In this document: positions 50,521 to 63,125 of the stretch, piece after piece
How positions within the stretch are numbered: position 1 is the stretch's first letter
Layout of the letters: every line of letters starts with the position of its first letter
Source of the DNA: Octopus bimaculoides
Taxonomy: Eukaryota
Assembly: GCF_001194135.2 (NCBI RefSeq)
Contig: NC_068996.1
Span: 54,981,617-55,045,616, forward strand
Length of the DNA: 64,000 bases
Reading direction: 5' to 3'
The notes under the pieces: model-generated
Seen by the model: only the letters and a program-made list of their open reading frames with translations
Database searches by the model: none
Told to the model about the DNA's origin: nothing
Made by a program: the position numbers and the translations under genes

Positions 50521-50740
50521 ACTTTAGTGAGAGGTAAAGTATAAATTATGAGAACGTATGTCAACAAGTTCGTTTGTGCAGAAGTAGAATAATGCAACCA
50601 TTAATTTGAAAAGGCACAATTTATTATTAAGTTAAACTGAAAGGATAGAAAGAAGACAATCATCCAGGCATTGAACATTCTGCTTTGAAACTGATATCTT
50701 TGGGCCACTGAATTTCTGGTCTCTGATGTTACTGTGCAGA

Positions 50741-51517
50741 AGCTAAAGCACCCAGAGTGAAATCGCTTGGCACAGATTGACCTTAAAACTCTGTTGTGCA
50801 TGCATACTAAGTTTTAATGTTCTAGCTCACTTCTGCTGTTTGCAGCAGTGCTTAGAAGGAAGGTGTGTAGCATGAGATCATCGCATTAACCATGACAGAG
50901 AAAGTTGTCATGGTGATACCTACTGAGAGGCCTATGCAAAGTTGCAGAAAGAGTATGGAGAGGAGTGTATGAACTGCGCACAAGTGTATGAGTGGTTCAG
51001 ACGTTTCCAAGATGGCTGAAAAATGTTGATAGTGACGAACATTCTGGGAGACCCACAACCAACAGAACTGAGAAAAACATTGCAGATGTGTATGCAGTTG
51101 TGAGGGGAAATTGTCAAATCACCATCCATAAGTTATCAGAGGATGTGCAAATTAGTTACGGTTCAGTTCAGTCCATTATCACTGAAGATTTGGGTATGAG
51201 ACGCGTGTCTGCCGAGTTTGTTCCAAAACCACACCACTTTCAGCTGACCAAGTACACTCAAATTTCAGTTGCACAAGATCTCATTGATTGTGTCAAGAAC
51301 AATGAAAACTTTGCATAGGCTTCTGGCAAGATTTGATGCAGATTCTCTGCTCAACTTTTTCTGTCATAGTCAATGCAATGATCACACGCTACACACCTTT
51401 CTTCCAAGCACTGCTGTAAACAGCAAAAGTGAGCTAGAACATTAAAACTTTGTGTGCATGCACAGCAGAGTTGAAGGTGAATCTGTGCCAAGTGGTTTCA
51501 CTCTATGTGCTTTAACT
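50741..51517 (+). mobile_element. Mariner-derived fold-back element (5' transposase fragment between long inverted repeats)
   Basis: VYEWFRRFQDG..NVDSDEHSGRPTTNRTEKNI..V...TIHKLSEDVQISYGSVQSIITEDLGMRRVSAEFVPK; 50741-50907 is the reverse complement (with mismatches) of 51352-51517. Confidence 0.85.
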
Positions 51518-51805
51518 TTATTACTATGGCAACAATCCGGATACTTATTGATCAGACCACATATGTGTAAATTAATTTATGAGTTCATCAACTTTAGTTC
51601 ACATTTGTGATTCATTCAGATAGCTAATTACAGAGTTTAGAACAATGAAGCATTTTGAAATTTTATGTTTTAAACTTAGATTGTTGGGGAAAAAAGGCTA
51701 ATAATAATTTGTAGAATTGGGCTTAACCTTTTAAAAATAAATATGAAAAACAACTATAAAAAAATATTTGTAACTTTTTTTTTTTTGATAAATATATTTT
51801 TTCAG

Positions 51806-51993
51806 AATAGAAAAAGCAAAACTTCTTGAGGCTGCAACTGTTCCCTGGAATATTACACCGTCTTCCTTCAGCCATTCACCAATTAAGAATTCAAATGTTG
51901 AACAAGGAGAGATGATTGAAGCTAACCTGTCTCTTGTTACTAACCACAAAAAACTAGATACTCTTAGTCAAATTTATTCTGAGTGTCTTTATG
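51806..51993 (+). CDS. CDAN1: Codanin-1 coding exon 4
   Basis: ttttcAG|AATAG...TTTATG|GTAATT; 188 nt, phase 2/1. Translates IEKAKLLEAATVPWNITPSSFSHSPIKNSNVEQGEMIEANLSLVTNHKKLDTLSQIYSECLY. Confidence 0.88.
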
Positions 51994-53862
51994 GTAATTT
52001 TTCTCTTTTCTGGAATGTCATTTTGACTCCTTTGTAAATGATAATCAGTGTAGACTTAAAGATTTGCAATAACATATTCATTGGTTCATGCCTACATTAT
52101 ATTTTTTTGACACAAATTTATAGATTTGATATTAAGTGTGAACATGTGCAGAAGAATGTGGGCTGGAAAGGAATTTCAGAGGGATAATATTCTTGGAGGA
52201 AACGAGTGACCATAATGATGTGTGTGCAGAGCATTAGGAGGTGGGACAGTATGGGTTTTAAAAGGAGGAGAGACAGGTATATTGAATGGGTTTGGGTGCA
52301 GGTGATATGAAACTCGTTAAGAACAGGGATTTTGTACAAATAAAATAATGAGAAGAGTTAAAAGCATAGGCTAGTGATTAAGGGTATTGGTGAGTGAGTG
52401 AGTCTTTGCTAATCAGTTTGAAGATTTCTTTTGGACATGGGCTGAGATGTTTGTTTAAGGTGCCTAGTTAGCAGAGTTAAACATCTGATGATATTCCTTG
52501 TAGTATTCAAAAGTCAATAAAGTAGTGGTCAAGTGCTGAGGTCAAACACTTCTTTCTGAAGAAAAAGAAATAAGCAGGATGGGTTTTACTCGGTTCAAAG
52601 TGTCCATATACCATTTGTCATGTTAGTGTTTCTATGACTTCAGGCAAAATAGCTGAGCTCCTTTCGAGTGTTGGGCCTCGTGGAGGCAATGACTGAAATC
52701 TTTGGCATTATGTTGTGCTTGAGAAGAAGACCCATCAAGCTCTGCAAAATCGTAGTTGTGGCAGATACCGGTGTCACACAAATTGGCACCCATGCTGGTG
52801 GCACGTAAAAGCACCCATTACACTTTCAGAGTGTAATGGGCATTAGGAAGGGCATCCAGCCATAGAAAACCATGCCAAATTAGACTGGAGTCTCTTGCAG
52901 CCTTCCAGCGTGCCAGTCAAACTGTCCAACCCATACCAGCATGGACAATAGATGTTAAATGATGATGATGATATGTTTCTATGACTTCATCAAGAATTGA
53001 GGGCTCAAGAAAAGAATATGTTTGTGTGCAAAGCAGTAACATTGTCCTAGATAAGCTTTTAGAAAATCACTTTGGGGTTTAGATGCTAGTGGAGCGTAAT
53101 TGCTTCTTGAGAAAAGCTAGACATTTTGGATTGTTAGGTTGGAGATATGTGAAGAAAAAAAAAATTTGCTTATGTTCAGATGAAAAGTATTGTAAATTGT
53201 AAAATGGTATAATTATGTGAATTTCATTACTATTTTAAGTAACTGTAATATGGTTTCATTATTTCATCTTGGACTAAGGTGGTGAGCTGGAAGAATTGTT
53301 ACCATATTTGTAGCATTTCTTCTGGCTGAGACCCTCTCATTACCATATTTCTGTTGAAATACACTGCCTTTCTTTCAATTCATCCTGAAAACAATAAAAA
53401 TTTTTATCAACATAACTAACATTGTTAAGCTATGGTTTGGAACATAAATTGATGAAAGAATGTTTTAATTTAGATCACTTTAACCCTTTTGTTAACATAT
53501 TTGATGGAAGGTTTTGATTTAGATCGCTTCAAAATGTGAAGTTTGTATCATAGAACCAAGGGCAGTTTCAGGCAGGTTGGTATCTAAAGGGTTAACACCT
53601 TTTGGGGTTAAGAAAATAAATACCAGTTGAGCACTGAGGGTCAATGTAATCAACTTCCCCATCCTCTCAAAATTGCTGGCCTTGTGCCAAAACTTTGTCA
53701 TTTATGTTATTGTGTCATTCTTTATATTTTTATCAACATCCATGTGCATCAGGACAAATGTTGTTTCCTGCTCTCTCCCTCTCTCTTTCTCTTCTTGGAT
53801 TAAGTTCTAAACTACAGTCAAGTTAATGATTCTGACATATATATATATTTTTTACATTTCAG

Positions 53863-53961
53863 CTGCACTTTTTCCCAGTTTGACTGTAGAGATATTTTTC
53901 CTTGTGCAGTTGTTAGTAGCAAAAATTTCTGAAAAGGCTGTTACAGATTCTACACCAGATA
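53863..53961 (+). CDS. CDAN1: Codanin-1 coding exon 5
   Basis: tttcAG|CTGCAC...CCAGATA|GTAAAT; 99 nt, phase 1/1. Translates (A)ALFPSLTVEIFFLVQLLVAKISEKAVTDSTPD (cf. NLVPNLFLELFFVFQLL). The donor is weaker than the others. Confidence 0.85.
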
Positions 53962-55373
53962 GTAAATATTTTCTTTTTTTCTTAATTTATTACTCAAATA
54001 TTGAGATTGGGAAAGAAAGAAACCAAAGAGAAAAGATGATCTATTTGTATTTATTTGTAATATTACTTCAAAAGTAGTAATGATAGTGTGAATGTTTTAC
54101 TATATGTAGCATGCTGCTTTGTAGTTTTGACTTTAAAACCTGTGAGAATTGACTTCAACTTTTATTCCTTTGAATATCAATAAAAATTGGCAGAAAATAA
54201 TAGAAAACAGATGATAATTTATCTGACTATGTGGTATCATCAGTGTTATCCCTCAGTGGGTGATTGACTCTCACAAAGACTATTTGATTTAAGAACTATT
54301 TGAGATCTTTAATAGAGTTCATTCTGTTGAAAACATTTACATGAGATTAATGACCTGACAGTAGCATAGTAACATTGATGTGTTACTTTTGACTTCATAT
54401 TCCTTTTTGTTGTGCTGCATTTAGTGGTTGACGAGGAGATAAGGAACCTGTGAGGTGTGAATTTCCCCTAACCACCACCACTTCTCTGTAATGACCTTAA
54501 AGGTCAGTTGCTGCAAAGGAATCTCCTAACAGGTATCGTAATGAGCTGATATTCAAAAAGGTTGTCCTGTTGATAGGGCAGCCTCCCTGCTGTTGTCCAT
54601 AGGTTCAGACTGCCATTGTATTTTAATGGTCACCTTTGTTTGAAGATGCAGTTGGAAGAGATTTTCTAATGGAAGCCCATATCAGAACTGGGGCCTAAAC
54701 TTAATGGTAGTTATAAGGTAGATGTTTATCATCATCAACGTCCATCGTTTCCCACTATCACTGGCTGCAACTGACTCTGCACTAAGATGAGATAGTTGCC
54801 TCCATCGTATGAATCTATGGTGATGGACATACCTCATGTTTGTTTCATCAGCCATACTCTTCCGTTTTGGCTTTGGACATGTTGGAAGAGGGTATTAATT
54901 TTGGAGTTTTCCTTCTCCTAGATTGATCGCTTTCACCACAGCAAAGGAGCTCAATCTACCTTTACAAGAATATATTCCTCTCAAAGATGGGACCCTGATA
55001 GGTACTGCCATTCTGGATCAGAATGGCCCTTGTGGGCGAGGGTTGACTCCATGCTCCCCACAACTCCAGAATGCCCAAACTGGAGCCTCACCACTAGATG
55101 CAGTTTAATGTATATCATAATTTATAGTGAATTATATATACAAAATAAATGTTAAAACTGCAATTAATTGACATATTAAATTTTCTTTTATAACAGAACC
55201 ATATTTAAATGGATTAATGGTTTCTTGTAAAATTTTGACTGTTAATTCTGAATATATATAATCAAACTTCAGATTTAATCAATTTGAAAAAAATGCTTGC
55301 TTCAAGGAGACCTGCTTCTTTCCCTTTTATTTCTTTGAACTATTCCTGATGATTCTAATTTCTTTTCATAAAG

Positions 55374-55452
55374 ATTGCTCTGGTCACAACTATTTGAAAA
55401 ATATCCACAATATTGTGTACTTCAGTGTGCAAGCATTGCAGAATTTGTTACC
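55374..55452 (+). CDS. CDAN1: Codanin-1 coding exon 6
   Basis: AAG|ATTGCT...TTACC|GTAAGT; 79 nt, phase 1/2. Translates (N)CSGHNYLKNIHNIVYFSVQALQNLL(P) (cf. LFQSIHDCVFFAVQVLE). Supplies exactly the phase change needed between exons 5 and 7. Confidence 0.87.
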
Positions 55453-55514
55453 GTAAGTTGATTGTTTCATACCTTTCTTTTCCACCTTATTTTCTGCATC
55501 ATGTACTGTATGTA

Positions 55515-55517
<3 letters not shown>

Positions 55518-55550
<33 letters not shown>

Positions 55551-56570
55551 TAACATCCATTTTCCATGCTGACATGGGTTGGACAGTTTGACATGGAGGT
55601 GGCCAGCCAGAGAGCTGTCCAAACACCAGTTGTCTGTTGTGGTATGGATTCTATGACTGGATGCCTTTTTCTAACACCAGAGTGTGCAGGGTGTTTTTTT
55701 TAAGCGCCACTGACATGAGTGCGTGTACATAGCACTGGCACAAGTGCATTTTATGTGACACTAGCACCTGCAAAAGACAAGCCTGTATGTATGGATGACA
55801 ACAATTTTACTGAGGTTGATGTGTCTTCTCAAATACGGGTAACCACTACATCTCCTCATCCCTTGTTATTTCCTCAGTGAAGCCCAGTGACCAAAAATCT
55901 TTTCTCACCACTTCATCCCATGTTTTCCTGGGTCTACCCCTTCCACAGCTTTCTTCCACAGTTAGAGCTTGGCACTTCTTTATACAGCTGTCCTCATCCA
56001 TACACATCTCATGACCAAACCAGCGCAGTCTTCTCTCTTGCACACAACATCTGATGTCTCTTATATCCAATTTTCCTCTTAAATCATTTACACTCTGTCA
56101 TATATATATATACACTGATATTACCCATCCAGTGAGGAATGCTGGCTTCATTTCTTTCAAGCCTTTGCAAGTCCTCTGTAGTCAAAGGCCATGTGTCACT
56201 GCCATGTAGCATAGCTGTATGTGCACAGGCATCATACAATCTGTCTTTCAATCTGAGGGAGAGGCCCTTAGTTACCAACAAAGGTAGAAGCTCTCTGAAC
56301 TTTGCCCAGCCCATTCTTATTCTAACAACTATACTTTCAGAACTCCCTCCCTCACTGCTAACTTGATCTCCTAGGTAACAGAAGCTATCTACTACTTCTG
56401 ATGATCATTGCCAAGCATTTGAGAGTGTCTATTGCCTGCACATTTTTAGTGCTTATTGTACCTGCACATTTGCCACACATGAAGACTATTTCATTTCCTC
56501 TGTTAACCTTCCTGTAATATCACTACACCTCTTATGCATCCAAAGCTTGCACCTACCACTGATTTTGTTA
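55518..56570 (-). mobile_element. RTE-clade LINE, 5'-truncated, older copy
   Basis: (CAT)n tail at ~55518-55550; RRLRWFGH...GRGRPRKTWDEVV; WAKFRELLPLLVTKGLSLRLKDRLYDACAHTAMLHGSDTW; Cys/His-rich segment at 56463-56570. Confidence 0.88.
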
Positions 56571-57796
56571 TCATCACATTCTCAATTCCCCATTATTGTC
56601 TTCATCACTTCCATTCGCTAGTCATTTGTTAACCAATAAACTACTGTAAAGTCTCCTTTCATTTTTGTGTCACTTAGGAGGCTACAATCTGTCTACTACT
56701 TAATCAGTAATCAAAGTAAATAAGCATTGGTTTACAACAAGCAACTTTGTTTTTTTTCTTCTTATGCCTCATGTTTAGTTTCAGTTCAAAGATGGATATT
56801 ACAATCAAAGAAGACTATGAATCTTTGATACCAGCCTGTCTCTGACATGTGCAATCTTACAACTCAAAACTCCTAATCTTAAATTATTTATGTTTACATT
56901 GAGACTCATCATAATTTTCTGGACGAACTTTTTGTTATCTTTCAAATTCTTGATTATTTACAAGTTGTTGGAAGTTATAGACAACACCAAGCATAGTGGT
57001 TAATGCAAAGATTCATACTGTGCAGATACAATAATATGAGGGGGAGAAATAAGGCAATGAAGAGTACCTGAGTGGAGGACACAAAACTCTCTGAGAAGGA
57101 GAAATCACTGTAGTATCAGTAGGAAAAGCAAAGAGAGGAGACAACATATTTGTAGGGCAGAGGTTGTAGTATGTTGATGAGCAATTTCATACCATTTAAT
57201 TAGGTGATCTTGCAAAGCACATTGGATGTCTACTTGTGTAATATCAGCGTTGTCTTTGCATAGTGTTGGTAGTTGTTGGAGGATGAAGCATTTTCTGGTT
57301 CTGAAGAGGAAATCCAGGCTTTGCGAAACAGTTTTTTTTTACTAAATTCATTTCTATAAAGAGATTCTCAGTGATGTTGGGTAGGCCCAGCTTTTTTGGT
57401 GACCTTGAGGAATCTGGTTTTGAGATGTTCATATTTAGGCGGGGTTGGGTGCAATATAGTTTTCTTGAAATATGTAATTGTTGTATCTTTGTTCTGTTAA
57501 ATGAGACATGTCTGATATGATCCCATTTGAGGATTTTTTTTAGGTTTTGTTCATGAAGTTAATGCAGATAGCTACCTTTGTCTCTAGATCTGCAATCCCT
57601 TTCAACTCTTTCCTGGTTATATTTTCCTTTCAAATGATAACCTGTAACAGTTTAAGCTGAATATCAACTTTATTGACTCACTAATTTATGGAGTCTTGTA
57701 AAGAGATTCTTCAAAAAAACTTTTAAAATTTTGTTTTTCTTAAAAAAAAAAGTATTAAAAAACCCTGAAATTATTGTAATTTTCTAATCTTTTTAG

Positions 57797-57923
57797 GTTG
57801 CTGCCATTATTAGGGAAAACTATTTTAAGATTACTCTGTGACAATCCTAGAATTGGACATTTTTCATTATCATTGAAGAGTATTTTATGTCAACTTCATG
57901 AGACTGATTGTTCTTCATTGCAG
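57797..57923 (+). CDS. CDAN1: Codanin-1 coding exon 7
   Basis: ttttAG|GTTGC...TTGCAG|GTATAT; 127 nt, phase 2/0. Translates LLPLLGKTILRLLCDNPRIGHFSLSLKSILCQLHETDCSSLQ (cf. LDKGTLKLLAENERL). Confidence 0.87.
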
Positions 57924-58641
57924 GTATATATTGTTTATTTCTTTATTTAAAAAAATAATTTTTCTGTAATTCGATCCAAATGACATTCATAGAAAATTAA
58001 GTCTGTTAATTTTATTATTAATAGATTTGCAGGTAGGAATTACTCAATCAGATTAGGGTTGTTTAAATTGTTGAAGATGAATAATTGTAACAGAAAATAT
58101 TGGTAATTCTGATGGTTGCAGTGAGAGGATTAGGGTAAGTGTTAGGCAGTGTTCAATATATAGTATGTAAGGTGAGACACTAAATGAGTGACAAAAAGGA
58201 AAAAAATTTGAGTGATAGTTGTTAACTTTAGAAGAGAGGCTTTTGCAGTAGCATTAGAAGCAATTCTGTGAGCAACTCTGTGAGCTTGTAGTTGTGTATT
58301 ATGCTGGTGAGTATTTCAGAAGAGAGTCTTTTATAGTAGCGTTAGAAGCAATTCTGTGAGCTTGTAGTTGTGTATTGTGTTAGTGAGTATAGGCTTGGTT
58401 TATAAGTTTACTTTTTTATTAGTGTGATCCACTTTGTGTTTAGATTAGTTCTGGGAAGAAACATCTGTAAGAAATAATTTTAAAGTATTTTATATTTTAC
58501 ATTGATGTTATTTGAATGTGACACATTTCTTCCAGAAACCCTAGGCAACCTTCTCATATATCCTGTTTACTGTATCTATTTTATAAAATAGTTTTAATTT
58601 TCTGAATCATTCTCTATTAACTGTTACCATTTTCTTTACAG

Positions 58642-58754
58642 ATGTCTCCTGTTTTATTGCATTGTTCTATTGGAGGAGTCCCATTCCAGGCAGAAACAGA
58701 CAATCGTAATAATTTTCCTTCACCCAAAGCTTTTTCAACTTTTAGAGCACAACG
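58642..58754 (+). CDS. CDAN1: Codanin-1 coding exon 8
   Basis: tttacAG|ATGTCT...CAACG|GTATGT; 113 nt, phase 0/2. Translates MSPVLLHCSIGGVPFQAETDNRNNFPSPKAFSTFRAQ(R) (cf. [27 protein letters not shown]). Confidence 0.95.
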
Positions 58755-58936
58755 GTATGTATACATAAATAATATAATTGCATAGTGTGTGTGTATGTGT
58801 GAGAGAGAGAGAGAGAAAGAGAAAGAGAGAGAGAGAAAGAAAGAGAGAGAGAGAGAGGAACTCCTTTGAATTTGGAATGTTTTTGTTAACGTATATTTTG
58901 AATGGATTCTATGAATTGTTTTAATAATTTTTCAAG

Positions 58937-59102
58937 GGATCATTTTTATGAGCTTATACGTGAATGGAAAGACAATCATGAGAAACCACAGTGGTCACTA
59001 ACTTCCATGCTGAATAAAAAGATGCACTTGGTTCTGTCACCTGATTCAGAATTAGCAAATTATTGGCACCTTGCTAAATTATTTGTTTCACAGCTTATCA
59101 TT
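58937..59102 (+). CDS. CDAN1: Codanin-1 coding exon 9
   Basis: ttttcaAG|GGATC...ATCATT|GTAAGT; 166 nt, phase 2/0. Translates DHFYELIREWKDNHEKPQWSLTSMLNKKMHLVLSPDSELANYWHLAKLFVSQLII (cf. DVFYEVLREWEDHHEEPGW...FVRLFQKQLL). Confidence 0.95.
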
Positions 59103-61574
59103 GTAAGTAGTAGCTTGATTTGGTGTTTTAAAACAGTTCGATTGTTAAATGCAAACAATTGGCAAACAAAATTCATGAAAACTGTTTTATTTTAAGAAAG
59201 ATATAATTTTGTTATTGCTTTAAAATGTAATTCAGATAATAGCCTTGTATCTTGCCCAAATGTCTGAGAACATTAAACATTTTGATTTCAAGTCTCACTT
59301 TTGTCAAATACACTGTTCATCTTTCTCCAAAGTTGTTAAAAAAAAATGCAAGGCATATAATAGAGTCATTTAACTTGCCATTGAACAAAAATATGTGGCC
59401 TTGTGCCAGCACAAGAAATCATTATTTAAAAAAAAATGATTTCATTTGCTTAGGAACAAAATATTTTTATAAGATGAACTATGGTCAATTAAGTTACCCT
59501 GATACATATTTGCATAGTTTCACTAATTTATTTAGAGTTGATTCTGATAAATATAAACTTAGACCAGTGTATCACCAAATACTGAATACTATTAAGCATT
59601 TACGTTTAACTTTCTATTGACTGTATCATCTCCACTGTCCGTATTTCAACCCTTTTGATACCAATCCAACTGAGACCATCCCTCCTGGTTCTATGATACA
59701 AACTTCCTGCTTAAAGTCATCTCAATTAAAACCTTCCTTCAAAATTTTGTGTTAATTTATGTTCCAAATACCAGCATAATAACGTCAAAGTTATTTTACA
59801 AAATTAAGTGTATTTCAACAGAAACATGGTATCGAAAGGGTAAGAATTGATTTTCATCCTCGTGGCATGGGATGGGTAGGTCGGCTTCAACACAGTGTCT
59901 CTTTATCTTTCACCTTCGTTTTTGATGTCCTTTGTAAAGCTCTTTACCTTCAGAACAGTATTTACTATTTCTGCCTATGTCTTTCTATTCAGGTCCTCTT
60001 CCTGCATTGTTTAACACGTTTTTAACCTCATCACTCTTCATATATAATCACCATAATACAGTGAACACCTGATGCCTAGTTTTCTACTCAGTTCTTCCTG
60101 CACATTCACAGTACATATCCAGCATAGAATGCTGGCTTCATTTCTTTCCAGCTTTTGCATATCCTCTACATTCATTGCACATAGCTCAACCACACAACAT
60201 TGTACATTATACTCAAGTATCATCAAGTATGCCCTTTTCTTGAAAACGAAAGCCTTTCATTGTTGTTGTTGTTGTTCTATGGCTCCCAAGTCAGCTCTGA
60301 TTAAGCTCATCTTTGATCAAAGGTATTCCTACCATGGCCATCATATCTTTATTTCAGAATTGTGTACTTGACAGATAGTAAGATGGGATTTGAAGAAGAT
60401 TTGGCTACTATTTTCTAGCAGGTTGAGTAACCATACAGGCAGCTTTATAGGCTAGATTGAAGCTTAAACTAGATTTTGTGGGCCAAATTGAAGTAGAGAT
60501 AAGATAGAGAAGAATGGGCAATCCCAGTGCCACCTGACTGGCTCCCATGCCGGTGGCATGTAAAAAGCACTCGCTACACTCTCAGAGTGGTTGGCATTAG
60601 GAAGGGCAATCCAGCTGTAAAAACCTTGCCAGATCAGACTGGAGCCTGGTGCCAGTCCTCAGTCATGGAAAGCAGACATTAAACGATGATGATGGTGTAT
60701 TCATGATGCAAGCCAAAGTAAATGGATAAAGAGGTTAATAAACGTAATTATAGATCAATAGAAACAACAATGAAAAGAAAAAAAATATGAGGTGTTAGAA
60801 AAGTTTGTATGCAGGCACGTATGGGGATAAAAAACTACTCCACACAGGTTTATGGAGGTAGAAACTGTCTGAATGAATGCATACAGTTCTTGAGCAGACC
60901 AAAGCTTGATTGAAAGTTTGCACTGTTTCAGCTGCAAGATCTTTCAATATTGTTCATATCATTAGAATCCAAGTGGACGAACATGAGTATAAATTTGAGG
61001 GGGGAAAAAATGAAAGAAAGGTTTCTCTTTGTCTCAGCATGTAGAGACAAAATGAAGAGGAAATAGGTAATATCTTTTAGCATAAAGATTTATAAGCTTC
61101 TTTTCCATTTATTAAGATAATTAAAGATTCCCTAAGATGCGCCAACTCGGTTTATCAGAACCGGTATCAATTATGGCTCTTGTCAGGCTCTGAAGACGTG
61201 CTAGTAATACATATTTTACAGAATATTTAATTACTGTGGCTAGTATGTTTGACAACCCTGATATAGAGGCTGTTTTTATGTTCAAATAAGCTAGATCAGG
61301 CCTCTCCCACCTACCCTAAATATCATTCTAAATATAAACAATAACATCATTGAAATTTAGAAGCTAGAAGATAATGCATGATTAATTCAAATAAACATTA
61401 CATTTGGTATAGTGATATCAACTCTAAAGGATTAAAAGACTCATCTATTTGGCTAGCATCTTTTGTTTCTAAGACTATCAACTTTTATGTTTATCATTGA
61501 CTTGAATATTACCATGAAAGTAGTTTTTTTTAAAACAAAACTCATGCATTTAAATTTGTTTTAACCTTCTTTAG

Positions 61575-61672
61575 ATGTACCATGAAGACAATAACATGTC
61601 CCTTGAAGGAGATGAAGATTCAATTTCATTTTTGTCACAGCTCAGAAAATCAAATCCTGAAAAGTTTAAACT
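61575..61672 (+). CDS. CDAN1: Codanin-1 coding exon 10 (gene continues beyond window)
   Basis: tctttAG|ATGTAC...AAACT|GTACGT; 98 nt, phase 0/2. Translates MYHEDNNMSLEGDEDSISFLSQLRKSNPEKFK(L). Exons 1-10 total 1763 nt in one open frame. The expected next exon (LQERL...) was not seen before 64000. Confidence 0.85.
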
Positions 61673-62689
61673 GTACGTATCTTTTTTGTATTGTTTCAGC
61701 CATAGGCTTTAACCTTTGATCTCAAATGAAGGAAAAATGCAATTTTATTATTTCTTTTTATCTGTCTTTGGTGGGATAAAATTACCAGTTGTCATATTAT
61801 GCATGCCATTATTCTGGTGCTTATAATCATCATCATCAGCAGCAGCAGCATATTACATCTGCTTTCCATGTTGGCATAAATTGGATGGACTGCAGGAGGA
61901 CTGCATCTTGCTCCAGTGTTTAAGTTTTGGCAAGGATTCTGTAATTAGATGCCCTTCTGAGCACCAACCATTTTATAGACTTTTCTGGGTGCATTCTTTT
62001 CAAAGCACCAGCACTGAAGTGTCATACCCCTCCTGAACTTTTTCCTGCCTATTTTTATTCTGGTTGCTATATTTTCAGAACATCCATCTCCACTGCTAAT
62101 CAGGTCACCTATATAACAAAAGCTACCAGCTATTTCTAATGATCCTCTCCAGCAATATATTTACAAATTGCATTTGTGAACTTTTTGATATGTGCAGTGT
62201 AAAATATCTGTATTTAATTATATGTATATAAATACTTGGATATATGTGCCGATGGCATGTAAAATGCACCATTTGAGTGTGGTCAAAGCCAGTGCCACCT
62301 GACTGGACCCTGTAAAAAGCACCCACTTCACTCTCGCCAGATTTAGCACCTGCAGAATTCTATCTCTTCCCCAAGATGAAAATGCAGCTTGAAGATCACT
62401 GTTTTAACACCGTTTTCAAGATCCAGGGGGAATCACAGAAGATCCTCAACTCATGGAAAGCGACTTCCAGGCCGGATTCCAAAAGTTGCAGGAATGCTGG
62501 GAGAGGTGTATTGTTGTGCAAGGTGACTATTTCAAAGGAGATGATGTTAAAACTTTGGTAAATAAGTTATTGTTTTTATTAAACATAACTAAGTCCAAGA
62601 ACTTTTTGATTTAAATGAGTCACAAATAATATTTAGCTTCATGCTAGAATCTAAGTAAACTCTTATGTTGTCTGAGACAACATTTGATT

Positions 62690-63125
62690 ATATTTTCTAG
62701 AGATGAGCACAAATATGACTTTTCTTTTACTGATCTTGTATTTCTTTACCTTTGGGCTGGATTGTATGACAGTTTTCCCGTTCCGTGTTCGTGGACCCCC
62801 TCATCTGATACGTTACATACTGTGACACCTCCAGCAGCAAGCTCAGACTGCGCTGCTTGTCAGGCTGAGAAAAGCAAGTTGTCTGAAGTATCGGTACTCT
62901 CTGACAGGTTCGTGATTGAGCCTTTGGCAGTGGAAACCTCCAGTGTTCTTGGTCCCCAGACCTTACCCCTGTTCACCACTATTGCTGACAGCAGATGGCT
63001 GTCTGCAAGTGCAAGCCCTGTGAGTCAGACTGGCTGTTCCAGTCCTTCTCCCTCATCATCCTCCTGAGCAACACCTTTTCCATTTTGTCTGCCGGGGTCA
63101 GGGAGACAACTTATGACAACGTTTA
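62690..63125 (+). mobile_element. CRE-clade (restriction-like endonuclease) non-LTR retrotransposon C-terminal fragment
   Basis: LWAGLYDSF...AACQAEKSKLSEVSVLSDRFVIEPLAVETSSVLGPQTLPLF, then after a frameshift PCESDWLFQSFSLIILLSNTFSIL. Compare the CRE-type motif WD.TC.DT....AGAAA..AE..K..KY..L...F.PLAVET.G.WG...FLFQR.S..IQRGNA..IL (recalled). Confidence 0.7.

Noticed and set aside
58245-58390. ~90-bp local tandem duplication in CDAN1 intron 7
   Set aside because: Ordinary slippage-type duplication with no further structure.
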